Source: Haliotis rufescens (taxonomy: Eukaryota). Taken from it: a stretch of DNA of 64,000 nt. Below are positions 13,576 through 27,540 of this stretch, piece by piece. The stretch spans positions 14,446,001-14,510,000 of the forward strand of contig NW_025963879.1 of assembly GCF_023055435.1 (NCBI RefSeq), read 5' to 3'. A model generated the notes under the pieces. It was not told the DNA's origin. It saw only the letters and a list, made by a program, of their open reading frames with translations, and did no database searches. Within the stretch, counting starts at the first letter, position 1, and every line of letters begins with the position of its first letter. Both the position numbers and the translations under genes were made by a program.

Positions 13576-13813
13576 CTTGCAACAGTATTTTAGTTATATC
13601 ATGGCATGTCAGCTTTATGTGTCAGTCAAGGCCAAAGTAGTGCAGGGTTAGATGTATACCACACTGTTGAAACCAACAAGCAGGGTATAGTGATGACCAA
13701 CCTACAGAAATATAACCAGGGATTTGAACCCACAATCATAGGTATATAAGGAGACACAAAGTTCTAAGAATATCAAATGCCAGCTCTATTGACAAATGGG
13801 CCACCTGTTTCTC
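13576..13813 (-). mobile_element. SINE family B, degenerate, abutting the gap
   Basis: aacagtatt..agttatatca..gtcagcttt..gggatttgaacccacaatcatagg..gggccacctg. Confidence 0.75.
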
Positions 13814-14327
13814 CTGTTCCTAAGATAAGCTGCATGAATATATGTCATGACGACATTTGTTTTGTTTGGAATCTAAATGATTAAAAAATACCCTTGGTTT
13901 GACGAAAACATATGTTATGATCATTCAATGTAAGAGTCTTTACAGATAAAACCAGCATCTGTAATCTGATTGTGCTTACAAGGAGTCGATGATTATCAGT
14001 CCCTCATGGAATAATGTTGAAAGTCCCTCACCAAACTACAAAATGAATTTTTCATACCTCATAGCCTCAATCTTTTCTTTGAATAAAATGTATTTATAGC
14101 CAATAACTGTGCTGGGAGTGTGTTGTTTGAAGCAGTACAAAATGCAACTGTTGGGTATTTGTTTCCCATATCAACAACATTTAGATGAAAATATTATCAT
14201 TTCAAATCAGAAGGAAAAGAACTTCTTTTCTGCATATAAAACACATCATCAGAAGATTACAATGTGTTTTAAAAGTACAAAGAAAACATTGCATATTTTA
14301 TTCAACACCACATTTGGAGTAACAGAT

Positions 14328-14480
14328 GTTATATTTGGGAAAACACTTTCTTAGTAAAGTACATATTCTAGTACTTTTGTAGGTTGAGTCCAATCCGGGA
14401 TTCAAACCCACACTGCCAGAGTATGGCACGTATAATCGCCAGCACACAAAGTCTGCGATCTAACCCACTCAGCCACTTGG
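14328..14480 (-). mobile_element. SINE-like family E (tRNA-like head); second partial copy at 14605-14677
   Basis: Minus strand A-box TGGCTGAGTGG and B-box GGTTTGAATCC; about 75 bp downstream of the B-box is duplicated at 14605-14677. Confidence 0.55.
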
Positions 14481-14900
14481 TAGTCCAGATCACGTACTTT
14501 TTTTACCCCTCTGACAAGTGTAAATTGGCATGACTCCCAAGGCCAAAAGCTATGAACACACAATACCATTTAGAAAGTGGTCAACATGGTCAAATGTAAC
14601 ATAAGTTATATTTGGGATAACACTTTCTCAGTAAAATACAGATTCCTGTACTTTTGGGGGTTGAATCCCATCCGGGAATGGCATTGTGTGTTCACTACAT
14701 TTGGTGACCAAATAAATTTTTAAAATCTTAAAATAGAGAGGGCAATTTGTTGTTTTTTAAGCATTTACCTCATAGGAGCATGTTTGTTTTAATATCCAAT
14801 TGAAAAGTACGACATTTACTTATCAATTTGGACAAATCATTGTAAATAAATCAATTTTGAGAACATGTCGTTTCAGCCATATCTTAGATATATGTACATA

Positions 14901-15146
14901 GTTGTTGGGATTTTCTTGTTTATATGCACTCAACAATATTCCAGATATATGATGGTAGCTGGTAAATAATCGAGTCTGGTCCAGATAATGCAGCAGTTGA
15001 TAATATTAGCAACAAACAAACAACCCACACCGGGACATGTAGACAAACTACCAACCAAGTCACTGAGCCAGGCCACCTAATCCATTTAGTTGTACAACAA
15101 GCATAGGTTGCTGCAGAAATATTCTAACCGGGAATTCCAACCAGGT
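14901..15146 (-). mobile_element. SINE family C, degenerate
   Basis: caatattccag..gtaaataatcgagtctggtccaga..aaccaagtc..acaagcataggttgctg..attctaacc. Confidence 0.75.
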
Positions 15147-16238
15147 AATTTTATACAAAAATGAAAATTTCTCCTTCAACTGCACATTTGTTTTCAACAA
15201 ATATACTACCGATCCGCAATTATCCCGAATTGTCTGCTGACTCAAGGTGGTGGATTCACCTTGTAATTCAGCCACTCAGCTGTGATGGCAGAGCTAGAAG
15301 TGACACCAGGAGATGGTAAGTGCTGGATAGAGTAGTGGTAATTGGATTAAGGGCGATCTCTGGCCACAAGTAAGTCTACTCAGGCTGAGAGTTATCTCCC
15401 TTCTTATCAAATGTGTGGTTCCACATTTGGATTGGCAAAGTAATCACAAATGGTGTGTCAGGATTAATTCCGATCAAATGGAAGTTACCATGGTTACTAT
15501 AAAACATGCTTGTAGGCAAATAGTTACATTTATAAGCAAGAAAATATCAAGAACATGCTCAGGACTGCTGCTGGTATGATTTTGTAATCAAACTGTTGTG
15601 TATTGGAGTGTTCAAATGACATAATGTAAGTAAATCTATCCCTGATATAAAGCAGTGATGGGGCAAGTCAGACTGAAGGTCAAATTGTCAAAGATACGGC
15701 GTTATATATCAAACAAAAAGAGAATCAATTCTCATTTTGTGACATGTCCTGTATTGCATGCGGCAAAGCTGATTATGAGGAGTGCCGAAGTGCTTTTTAA
15801 ACAAATTTAATACCACTGCTTTGTAACCTCATTTCATTAAGTCATATAACTGAGTGACATCATAAAATGGAATGTTGCTGGTTGTTAGAAATTACGGGAA
15901 ACATGTAAATGCTCTTGTTATTATCGATTTGCAAAAAAAAAGCACACCAACAAAGATATTATGTTTTTCTGTAAATAAACATTTTATCCTTATAGCTTAG
16001 ACATAAAGAAAGTTAAAACCTATCAAAAATATTTTCATGCAGAACTGCGCACATGAACGCATCCCCTATATGCCTCTAGTAAAGTGTGAATTAGGCACAG
16101 TAGTTCACAAGTATGTACACCAACCACTTCATTTTTATTTGATAGTTAGATTAAATAACAAAGATTTTAGAAATAACCATATTAGAAAAAGTTGAATACT
16201 CTTAATACAGATCCATGGACATCCCTAATTCCTTGTAG

Positions 16239-16325
16239 TGGGGCTGGGACGGGTAACTCAGATACTCGGGTCAGATGGGTCCTGAGTAGGACCCGGGTTC
16301 CCACAGGACTACCCGAACCCGTAGT
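16239..16325. mobile_element. Left end of the same hAT family as 5666-6684, truncated
   Basis: Clear ~85-bp match to 5666-5750; no right TIR; fused to a family D SINE. Confidence 0.8.
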
Positions 16326-16510
16326 TGGTCAGACACAGTATACTGACTCCTCGCCCACCAGCCCTTGTTTTAGCCACTTAATGCCGAGCGCCAGGCAGTG
16401 TAACATCAAGTACCATCTTTAACATCTTTTGGTATGACGCAGCCAGGATCAAACCTCAGACTTTCCACTCTCCTGGCGGATGCTCTCCCACAAGACCATG
16501 GAGGCAGTCG
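16326..16510 (-). mobile_element. SINE family D (tRNA head plus Meta/MESC-like core), 3'-truncated
   Basis: A-box TGGTCTTGTGG, B-box GGTTTGATCC, then GTCATACCAAAAGATGTTAAAGATGGTACTTG..CTGCCTGGCGCTCGGCATTAAG, which resembles the MetaSINE/MESC core (recalled from memory). Confidence 0.75.
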
Positions 16511-17109
16511 CTGATGATGATGACAATGCTTACGTTCAAGCATATAGTATTTGGGGCCACTGTTGCCATGAATAGTCCCTTTGAGAAATACATCAGGGTT
16601 AGTATCATGCACTAGTAAAACATCCTTGTTGCAACTCATTTTGGAAGCAGCAACATAATCGCTTGGAGATTCGCACCATCACGACACCATCACCAGTGAC
16701 TGCGTCATACCTTTATAGATCAATCTTTCGCACAAGTTTTTTACCCGATTAAGTTGAACTCATTCCACCACTGACAAGGAAAGGATGTCACCACAACCCT
16801 TCTACTCATCTCCAACGTGTCATTTATCACAAACAATATCTTCTTGTCACGTCAATCTGCAACTTAATCTTTTTACAGCGTTTGAGTAGTATTTGTCCAC
16901 AACAACTGCATGCTTGTCAAGAATCCAAGATAATGACTATTCATATTTTGACAGTGCCTAAATTGAAGACTCTACACACTATTTGCGGACATCCATGAAT
17001 AACAAGCAGTATTGAGTACAATGAATAGGGACCTGCTGCCATCAGGAAGAGGTCATAATGAGTGAGAGGAGGAGGAAATGTCACTGTTAACTGTGACACA
17101 GTCACATAA

Positions 17110-19033
17110 TGGCCACTTGCAAGGTGTCATGGTCAGCAGTGTCATAGTGATATCAAGGCAACCTGCAAGGTGTCAGTGTCAGCAGTGTTACTTCTATACC
17201 ATAGCAACCTGCTTGGTGTCATTGTCAGCAATGTTACTTCTATACCATGGCAACGATCTTGGTGTCGTTGTCAGCAATGTTACTTCAATACCATGGCCAC
17301 TTGCAAGGTGTCATTGTCAGCAATGTAACTTCTATACCATGGCCACTTGCAAGGTGTCAGTGTCAGCAATGTAACTTCTATACCATGGCCAATCGCAAGG
17401 TGTCAGTGTCAGCAATGTTACTTCTATACCATGGCAACTTGCAAGGTGTCAGTGTCAGCAATGTTACTTCTATACCATGGCCACTTGCAAGGTGTCATTG
17501 TCAGCAATGTTACTTCTATACCATGGCCAATCGCAAGGTGTCATTGTCAGCAATGTTACTTCTATACCATGGCCACTTGCAAGGTGTCATTGTCAGCAAT
17601 GTTACTTCTATACCATGGCAACTTGCAAGGTGTCATTGTCAGCAATGTTTCTTCTATACCATGGCAACTTGCAAGGTGTCAGTGTCAGCAATGTTACTTC
17701 TATACCATGGCCACTTGCAAGGTGTCAGTGTCAGCAATGTTACTTCTATACCATGGCAACTTGCAAGGTGTTATTGTCAGCAATGTTACTTCTATACCAT
17801 GGCCACTTGCAAGGTGTCATTGTCAACAATGTTACTTCTATACCATGGCCACTTGCAAGGTGTCATTGTCAGCAATGTTACTTCTATACCATGGCAACTT
17901 GCAAGGTGTCATTGTCAGCAATGTTACTTCTATACCATGGCCACTTGCAAAGTGTCATTGTCAGCAATGTTACTTCTATACCATGGCCACTTGCAAGGTG
18001 TCATTGTCAGCAATGTTACTTCTATACCATGGCCAATCGCAAGGTGTCATTGTCAGCAATGTTACTTCTATACCATGGCCACTTGCAAGGTGTCATTGTC
18101 AGCAATGTTACTTCTATACCATGGCCAATCGCAAGGTGTCATTGTCAGCAATGTTACTTCTATACCATGGCCACTTGCAAGGTGTCATTGTCAGGAATGT
18201 TACTTCTATACCATGGCCAATCGCAAGGTGTCATTGTCAGCAATGTTACTTCTATACAATGGCCACTTGCAAGGTGTCATTGTCAGCAATGTTACTTCTA
18301 TACCATGGCCAATCGCAAGGTGTCATTGTCAGCAATGTTACTTCTATACCATGGCCACTTGCAAGGTGTTAGTGTCAGCAATGTTACTTCTTTACCATGG
18401 CAACTTGCAAGGTGTCATTGTCAGCAATGTTACTTCTATACCATGGCCAATCGCAAGGTGTCATTGTCAGCAATGTTACTTCTATACCATGGCCACTTGC
18501 AAGGTGTTAGTGTCAGTAATGTTACTTCTATACCATGGCCACTAGCAAGGTGTCATTGTCAGCAATGTTACTTCTATACCATGGCAACCTGCTTGGTGTC
18601 ATTGCCAGCAATGTTACTTCTATACCATGGCCACTGGCAAGGTGTCATTGTCAGCAATGTTACTTCTATACCATGGCAACCTGCTTGGTGTCATTGCCAG
18701 CAATGTTACTTCTATACCATGGCCACTTGCAAGGTGTTAGTGTCAGTAATGTTACTTCTATACCATGGCCACTGGCAAGGTGTCATTGTCAGCAATGTTA
18801 CTTCTATACCATGGCAACCTGCTTGGTGTCATTGCCAGCAATGTTACTTCTATACCATGGCCAATCGCAAGGTATCATTGTCAGCAATGTTACTTCTATA
18901 CCATGGCCACCACTTGCAAGGTGTCAGTGTCAGCAATGTTACTTCTATACCATGGCCACTTGCAAGGTGTCATTGTAAGCAATGTTAATCATATACCATG
19001 GCAACTTGCAAGGTGTCATTGTCAGCAATGTTA
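17110..19033. repeat. 46-bp minisatellite, ~42 copies
   Basis: Unit GTCATTGTCAGCAATGTTACTTCTATACCATGGCCACTTGCAAGGT with interspersed variants. Confidence 0.97.
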
Positions 19034-19492
19034 AAGTGGCAATCCGATCCCTCATCATGCAGTACAGACAGTGGCCAACCAATCCCCATTCAAGCCTCCA
19101 AATCATGCTGGAGCCTAGATCTTACACGGCAATAGCAAAAAGACGTCTTGTGACTGTATCCAATCTCTTCTGAAAGAATTAATTTAGGGAAGCCCTAGTC
19201 ATGGTGAGGAGCCTGCATCATTAATTCATTAGCAAGAGATTTATATGTAATTCTGAATTCCAAGTGGGGGACAGCTCTCATCATCATGCCCATTGGAGAC
19301 GAAATTTCCGTCTACGGGGAGTTCTGTGCTCTCTTACTAAGGAATCTCCAGCTCCGCCTACCTGCACTAACAACCATACAAACAATAGGTCACTGAGTTA
19401 TCTTTCATGTCACAGTACCTGATATCTAAGTGGTACTCAGTGTCTTCTGTTTTAAAAGAAAAAACCTTGTAAAATTACCACTTTGGCCACAA

Positions 19493-19607
19493 ACACAGGT
19501 ATGGTGCTGACAAACCTGGAAACATAATCAAGGCGAGCCAGGATTCTAATCAACAATCATGTTTCAGGCACAGCGCCTTAGATGACTCACTGCGACAATC
19601 GTGCACC
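19493..19607 (-). mobile_element. SINE family B fragment
   Basis: ggtatggtgctgacaaacctggaaacataatc..gcgccttagatgact. Confidence 0.75.
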
Positions 19608-20202
19608 TGGTGAATATAGTGAAGCACTGATTTCTAAACGTACAGAAAGTCATGCATATTTGAGGGATGTCAAATGTGAAAACCCTATGGGTGTCTGATA
19701 TTGAAGCAATGTGTAGAGTAGACGACTGCAAGGCTGTTACTAAACACATGTTGCACGAGAACTGCATACATTTTCTACTCCCAAAACAACTGTCTTTGTT
19801 GAAATATTGGTAAAACAATATTGATTTTGGTCTCAGAATAAAATTCACAATGCAGGCTCTAAATTAAATTGACACCTGACAGTGTGTCAAGCCAGGAAAC
19901 ATTAAGAATATTTATCCACCACCATCCCAGGTGGTGATCGCTGAGTCAGCATTCATGATGGGATCACCTTCCGAGTCAGCATCACTTGGGAATGTGATAG
20001 CCTTAACAGCATCAAGCCTCAACACAGCAACAGCTTTAAACATATTTCTGGGAACATAAACGGATAATTACGTTTCCTTCTGAATAATAAAGTCCATTGT
20101 TTATAGCTGTCGACGTCACACATGTTGAAATACAGCAATGGCTTCAGGTCCTCCTGATGTGTCATCAAAACCACCATCCCGGGAAATACAACCCCATAGG
20201 GC

Positions 20203-20358
20203 GAGTGACTGAAATTTCCATTTGTTTTTTGCTTTTATCAATATTCCAGCAATAACATGGTGGGCGACACTGAAAACAGGTTTCCAACATGTAGGATCTG
20301 AACTCGGGTCTTCGGCATGACAAGCTAATGCTTTAACCAGCAGGGCAGCCTACTGCCC
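20203..20358 (-). mobile_element. SINE family A, degenerate
   Basis: caatattccagcaata..gaactcgggtcttcggcatgac..ctttaacca. Confidence 0.75.
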
Positions 20359-20574
20359 AAAAGGTGAGAATGTGTTGTTTTATTATGAAATCAGCAAAAG
20401 TCTATCTATATTTAGACAGCTTGTAAATAATCCAGACACAACAATAGGAACGTTGTTGGGTAAGATGACACAATCACACATAACCGCCCCATGCTTATCA
20501 ATCAGCTCTTCTGACAAGCATAGCGTACTAATTCTCCTTCCCAATCCTCATAAAGATTTCTTGATTAAGATTTT

Positions 20575-20858
20575 GTGAGTGAGTGAGTGAGATGGGTTTA
20601 ACGCCATTGTGAACAGTATTTCAGTTATATCACTTTGGGTCAGCTTAATGTGGGAGAAAAGCCCAAGGTCATGCAGGTCATGGACAGTCACTTTGGTGAA
20701 ACCCACGAGCACGGGTATGGTGCTGACAAACCTAGAATCATAATCAAGGCAAAGCGGGATTTGAACCTGTGATTTAATACACATTTCTGGCATGCTCAAG
20801 GGACACAACTCTGCACAGCGAATCATGGCGCCTTAGATGACTGGGCCACCCATGCCCC
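20575..20858 (-). mobile_element. SINE family B, full length
   Basis: Complete head-to-tail match with 48250-48541. Confidence 0.9.
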
Positions 20859-21772
20859 AAGCTTAGCGCATGAGTCTCAAGTAGCACATACTCTGATGAA
20901 GGCCTGCAACAATGATTGTGCTATAAATTAGATTTTATGGTTTTCAAAATAAGAATTGTATCTTGATTATATTTACTTCTCATTGAATGTGATATATTGT
21001 GTAGGACTCTGTACACAGAGAGAAAGTGGTTCGGACATTGTCAACTTCAAGAATATCAGAGAACTTGGACAAGAATACATCATAACACTTAACCCTATAA
21101 TTCAAGCAGCCATCCTTGGTTGCCAGACCAATATCTTACTTTACTGAACAGATGACCCTACCAACAAACTTGAAACACCAAAAATACAATATATTATTGA
21201 AACAAGTATCAATAATGTGTTAAAGGTGTTGGGATAGAACTCATTTCAGCCCCTTACTTGTTACCATTGTTATTTTCAAGAGCCTTTGTCGGAAATACAC
21301 AAGTAATCAAATTAACTCTGGTACTTTTTAAATATAAAATTTTTAAATATTTCCTATATCCCCTTTTCTCTCCCAGTCTTATATCCTGGTACGTATTGGT
21401 AAAAACTATGTTTCAGCAATCTGTCTGCCCACCCTTTAAGAATATGGCTTTCCAAGAGTTCCATTTCAGGAACTGGCCATGGAGTAACTACAGGGATATG
21501 TTCTAAAGCTCTTACTACAATCAATCAATGCCTATGTAATGTGCTTTTTAGATATACGTACTTGCAAACTGATAAGATACAGTATAAAATGTTTTCTCCA
21601 AAGAACCTGTCCCCATCTAGTACACACGTTATACATGTACATGGTGGGAGAGCTTGTAGAGGAGTCCGTTGGGTTAACACCTCAAGGATAGGGAATAATG
21701 TTTTTGCCCAGACATTTGTATTTTAGTCATGCCCACCTCATATTTGACAGTTACTGTTGGACATTCATGTAT

Positions 21773-21785
21773 AAATAATAATAAT

Positions 21786-21828
<43 letters not shown>
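21773..21828. repeat. (AAT)n(AAC)n microsatellite
   Basis: Direct reading. Confidence 0.95.
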
Positions 21829-21829
<1 letters not shown>

Positions 21830-22887
21830 ATCAAGGGTCACTTTCATAACATATACCATATTTTCTTGAGTATAGTGCACACCACAATGAGTTTTGCTGA
21901 TTTTTCCCCAACGCAGACTTAAGACATCACGATGCGCATGCAACACTAGAAATACCATGTCAACAAGTCTGTACCGAATTAACCAATTTAATCCTGTTAT
22001 TATGCTATCAGGTTATATAAAGTCTTCAATGTATATGGACTTTTGTTTTATAAAAAAAATTCAAAATTTCATTTAATATTGTGTACATTAATTTGGTGAA
22101 TTCATGTGTGAAGTGACTCAGCATTATTGTCAGCAACAACGGTCAGATTACCGATATTGATGGCTTGAAATGAACTTCAGTTGACAGAGAATGGATACAT
22201 GTAACATAAATGCCACACTTTGACTCATTAAAAGTCATATATGATGTTGTTTGACTATTATATGTAAACATAACATTTTCCCAAGTCCTTGGGAGGTTCT
22301 TTAAAGTAAAATTGTTCCATACGTAAAAAATATCCGGCAATAGCAAACAGCTGTTCCAAAGTGCTAATCTTATGGTTATTATTATTTCAAACACATATGG
22401 GAAAAACTGGAACCAAAATAACACGGATTGGAATATATTTTTCTGATAAAATAATAGTTTCAAATACAATTCTTCCTAGCAGAACAGGAAATACAATTTA
22501 AATGGTAAATCATCATGTCTACTGATTATGCTGATACTTGATCTCAAATTTCACATTTGGAATGACCAATTTAAGTTTGCTATCACCTGGATTCCCTGAA
22601 GGTATACAACGCAGTCTTTTATGTTATGATGTTCATCGATAGCACTCGGCCACCCTTGCATGTCGTACATACACTAATCAACAACAAAAACACCTGTCAG
22701 TCTGGCTGCACCACTTCATTTAAAATCCTTTGTTATGATATCAGTCTCATGGTGAATGTCTGGCAAGTACTTTATCAAATTTCAAAATGTCTTGTTTGAA
22801 CTTTAAAAAATCAGACAGTTTGCAATTACAACCAGACAAGTCCACCGCACAGTCCCGTTTCCGGATCCCTGGTTAACACCTCATAGT

Positions 22888-23179
22888 GAGAGAGTGAGTG
22901 AGTTGTGTTTAACACTGCTTTTAACAGTATTCCAGTTATATCACGGCGTATCAGCTTTATGTGGGAGGAAAGCAGGAATTGATGCAGGTCTCAGACATTT
23001 ACAACTTCGGAGAAACTGACGAGCATGGGTATGGTGCTGACAAACCTAGAAACATAATCGGGGCGAACTAGGATTCGAACCCACAATACATCAATGTATT
23101 AGGTTTCTGGCGTGCCCAAGGGACGCAACTCTGTACAGCGAATCGCAGCGCCTTAGACGACTAGGCCACCTGTTACCCC
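22888..23179 (-). mobile_element. SINE family B, full length
   Basis: 14-bp TSD TAACACCTCATAGT at 22874-22887 and 23180-23193. Confidence 0.93.
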
Positions 23180-23243
23180 TAACACCTCATAGTACTGTAT
23201 TTCAGTTGTATATTAATGTAAGAGAATCGCCAGAAGATTCGTT

Positions 23244-23448
23244 CGCACCTAGCAATATTCCAGCTATATGACAGAGGTCTGTAAATAATTGAGTCTGGTC
23301 CAAACAATTGGATAAGATAACATGCTTCAACCAAGTCAGCAAGCCTGACCACCCAATCCCTTTAATCGCCTCTTACGACAAGCATAGTCGCCTTTTATGG
23401 CAAGCATGGGTTGCTGAAGACCTATTCTACCCCGGATCTTCAAGTGTC
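23244..23448 (-). mobile_element. SINE family C with an internal deletion
   Basis: Well-preserved head (gaagacctattctaccccggatcttca). Confidence 0.85.
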
Positions 23449-23514
23449 TCACCGGAAGAAGTGCAGCTCTTACACATTTACCACTTGCATGGGTTCGGTG
23501 CATGGGTTTCAGTA

Positions 23515-23757
23515 TATTAGATAATATATATATTTTGATAATGATAGCAATTATCCCTGTAGTTTATCGCGATTCCCGATGTTTAATTCTGACTTGATCG
23601 TCGAATGACAAGGGCGACGCCATGTTTGTTTATAAACGCTGAAAGTAGTCCTACTTGACCTTTGATATTTGCATCTCTATCCGCATATGACCCCAACGGA
23701 TATCGTTTTTATCCGTTGGCTTTATCCTGCCGAGAAACCTACTCATTATTTGATAAA
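23515..23757. mobile_element. Inverted partial copy of the 380-1163 element
   Basis: Reverse complement of ~380-610; keeps the subterminal hairpin CCAACGGATA-N7-TATCCGTTGG (23693-23719). Confidence 0.8.
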
Positions 23758-24849
23758 TTATTTGCCTTTCACTGAGGATGTGATGGATTTTGTACACAAT
23801 GATACAGGAGAAATGAAATAAATCCACAGCAATCACTACAAATGAAAATAGTGGCAGGGACTTGCCCAATTACATCAACAAAGATTCATCTCAAATTGAC
23901 AGAATGGACAAGAGTCTGCGCATTGTCTGAAGACAGATGAAACCAATCATAGGTTGAAGTACATACATAGATCATTCCTGATAAACCCTCTTATGTGTAC
24001 TCTCTTCCTCCAATAACAGGCAATGGGAAATCATTTTCAGATAAATAACAAACTAAACACGAGTTCCACATAGACAACAAAAAAAACAATCACATAAATG
24101 GCACACATGTCGAAAGGGGTGCTTGTGTTTTCATATCAATATAGAAAAAAGTATGAAGTCGCAAGTCTGCGCTGAGCAATTTAATCTTGTATCACGTAGA
24201 CCAATGAGAAAATACCCCCTGGATGCACCAAAACATAACAAAGACGAGAGAACCTTTAATTCTTGTATACACAAAAAATGCCAAGATATCCCAATTGCTT
24301 GCCAAGGATTTAAAGCATTATCAGAATGCGATCTATTGATTCCAAAATGGGGCTATTTTGTCCCCTGTTGATTCTGCTTTGAGGCCTGTAGAAGTTAATC
24401 TAAAGACCCTGTATGGAGCCAGGGTCAATCATGTAGGACCAGGCACACAGTGCGAGGAGTATGCCCCATGGGTTTATTTTGAAAATTGGTCTCTTCAATT
24501 TTCTGATAATTAAAGGGATAGTATCTTTCAGGAGTCATTTGGGCCATTGTGAGTCTCCGGGCAAATGACAGAGACATTATCATTGGTTTTGTGGCCATGC
24601 TTCATCTTTCACACCCATTACATTTGTTGTCAATCTGTTGATTTGTTCTCTTTTGGATTGGTGGCTTCTTAATGCTGAGGTTTACTTGGATGTTCTTTAG
24701 GAAGGAGATTAGACTGAATGGCACTTTTTTCTCCAAAGAAGTATTTCAGTGAATTGAGAGAGATTTAAGAATCATCAACAGGAGAATGGCTCAAGACCCT
24801 GAAAAGAGGTTCAGTGAGGTTTTACACTGGCCAGCAAGATAACATCTAT

Positions 24850-25025
24850 ATGCCAACTGTATGCCAACTGTATGGCAGCTGTATGCCATCTATATGACAT
24901 CTGTATGCCCGCTGTATGCCATCTCTATGACATCTGTATGCCAGCTGTATACCATCTATATGCCATCTATATGTCGGCTCTATGCCAGCTGTATGACATC
25001 TACAAACCAGCTATGTGTCAACTAT
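24850..25025. repeat. 11-bp degenerate tandem repeat, ~16 copies
   Basis: TATGCCAKCTR-type units. Confidence 0.85.
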
Positions 25026-25214
25026 ATTACCAAGATTACAGCAGCCAGCACAGTGTAGTCTGGGCAAACCACTGTAGGTAATCAGTATAGATTCCTTGGG
25101 ATTGCATACAGTGAACACAATCTGCCTCATAACAACAGAGAGTGCATGGGAATAGGGTCCTAAATGTTTTCTAGTATTGTCACTTGTTTGCACCTGGGAA
25201 AGGCACAAGGTACA

Positions 25215-27540
25215 GGGTCTCTTCTGTCCTGGAATCCATACTGGAAGACAGACCTGGGGTACAAGACCTGTACTGTCACGGAATCTACACATGAAGACAG
25301 ACCTGGGGTACAAGACCTGTTCACAGAATCTACACATGAAGACAGACCTGAGGTACAAGATCTGTACTGTCACGGAATCTACACATGAAGAAAGACCTGG
25401 GGTACAAGACCTGTTCACAGAATCTACACAGGAAGACAGACCTGAGGTACAAGACCTGTTCTGTCAAGGAATCTACACACGAAGACAGACCTTGGGTACA
25501 AGACCTGTTCTGTCACGGAATCTACACACGAAGACAGACCTGGGGTACAAGACCTGTACTATCACAGAATCTACACAGGAAGACAGCCCTGAGGTACAAG
25601 ACCTGTACTATCACAGAATCTACACAGGAAGACAGACCTGGGGTACAAGACCTGTTCTGTCACGGAATCAACACAGGAAGACAGACCTTGGGTACAAGAC
25701 CTGTACTGTCACGGAATCTACACATGAAGACAGACCTGGGGTACAAGACCTGTACTATCATTGAATCTACACACGAAGACAGACCTGAGGTACAAGACCT
25801 GTACTGTCACACAATCTACACAGGAAGAAAGACCTGCGGTACAAGACCTGTTCTGTCACGGAATCTACACATGAAGACAGACCTTGGGTACAAGACCTGT
25901 ACTATCATGGAATCTACACACAAAGACAGACCTGAGGTACAAGACCTGTACTGTCACGGAATCTACACAGAAAGAAAGACCTGCGGTACAAGACCTGTTC
26001 TGTCACGAAATCTACACAGGAAGACAGACCTGCGGTACAAGACCTGTTCTGTCACGGAATCTACACACGAAGACAGACCTGGGGTACAAGACCTGTACTG
26101 TCATGGAATCTACACACGAAGACAGACCTGGGGTACAAGACCTGTACTGTCACGGAATCAACACAGGAAGACAGCCCTGGGGTACAAGAACTGTTCTGTC
26201 ACGGAATCTACACACGAAAACAGACCTTGGGTACAAGACCTGTACTATCACGGAATGAACACACGAAGACAGACCTGGGGTACAAGACCTGTTCTGTCAC
26301 GGAATCTACACACGAAGACAGACCGGGGTAACAAGACCTGTTCTGTCACGGAATCTACACAGGAAGACAGACCTGGGATACAAGATTTGTACTGTCACAG
26401 AATCTACACAGGAAGACTGACCTGGGTTACAAGACCTGTTCTGTCACGGAATCTACACAGGAAGACAGACCTAGGGTACAAGACCTGTTCTGTCACAGAT
26501 TCTACACAGGAAAACAGACCTAGGGTACAAGACCTGTTCTGTCACAGATTCTACACAGGAAGACAGACCTGGGATACAAGATTTGTACTGTCACAGAATC
26601 TACACAGGAAGACTGACCTGGGGTACAAGACCTGTTCTGTCACGGAATCTACACACGAAGACAGACCTGGGGTACAAGACCTGTTCTGTCACGGAATCTA
26701 CACAGGAAGACAGACCAGGGGTACAAGACCTGTTCTGTCACAGATTCTACACAGGAAAACAGACCTAGGGTACAAGACCTGTTCTGTCACGGAATCTACA
26801 CAGGAAGTCAGACCGGGGGTACAAGACCTGTTCTGTCACGGAATCTACACAGGAAGACAGCCCTGAGGTACAAGACCTGTTCTGTCATGGAATCTACACA
26901 GGAAGACAGACCGGGGGTACAAGGCCTGCACTGTCACGGAATCTACACAGGAAGACAGACCGGGGGTACAAGACCTGTACTGTCATGGAATCTACACAGG
27001 AAGACTGACCTGGGGTATAGGACCTGTTCTGTCACGGAATCTACACAGGAAGACAGACCTGGGGTACAAGACCTGTTCTGTCACGGAATCTACACAGGAA
27101 GACAGACCGGGGGTACAAGGCCTGTTCTGTCACAGATTCTACACAGGAAAACAGACCTAGGGTACAAGACCTGTTCTGTCACGGAATCTACACAGGAAGT
27201 CAGACTGGGGGTACAAGACCTGTTCTGTCACGGAATCTACACAGGAAGACAGCCCTGAGGTACAAGACCTGTTCTGTCATGGAATCTACACAGGAAGACA
27301 GACGGGGGGTACAAGACCTGCACCGTCACGGAATCTACACACGAAGACAGACCGGGGGTACAAGACCTGTACTGTCATGGAATCTACACACGAAGACAGA
27401 CCGGGGTAACAAGACCTGTTCTGTCACGGAATCTACACACGAAGACAGACCGGGGGTACAAGACCTGTACTGTCATGGAATCTACACAGGAAGACAGACC
27501 TAGGGTACAAGACCTGTACTGTCACAGAATCTACACAGGA
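25215..27540. repeat. 49-bp minisatellite, ~47 copies
   Basis: Unit GTCACGGAATCTACACAGGAAGACAGACCTGGGGTACAAGACCTGTTCT. Confidence 0.97.

Noticed and set aside
13408-13651. ORFs spanning the N run
   Set aside because: Gap artefact.
17078-19034. Cys-rich ORFs up to 503 aa in all three plus frames
   Set aside because: By-product of a stop-free 46-bp unit (not a multiple of 3); all frames give the same rotated peptide, and there is no splice or codon evidence.
25164-27503. ORFs up to 493 aa
   Set aside because: Same artefact, from the 49-bp minisatellite.
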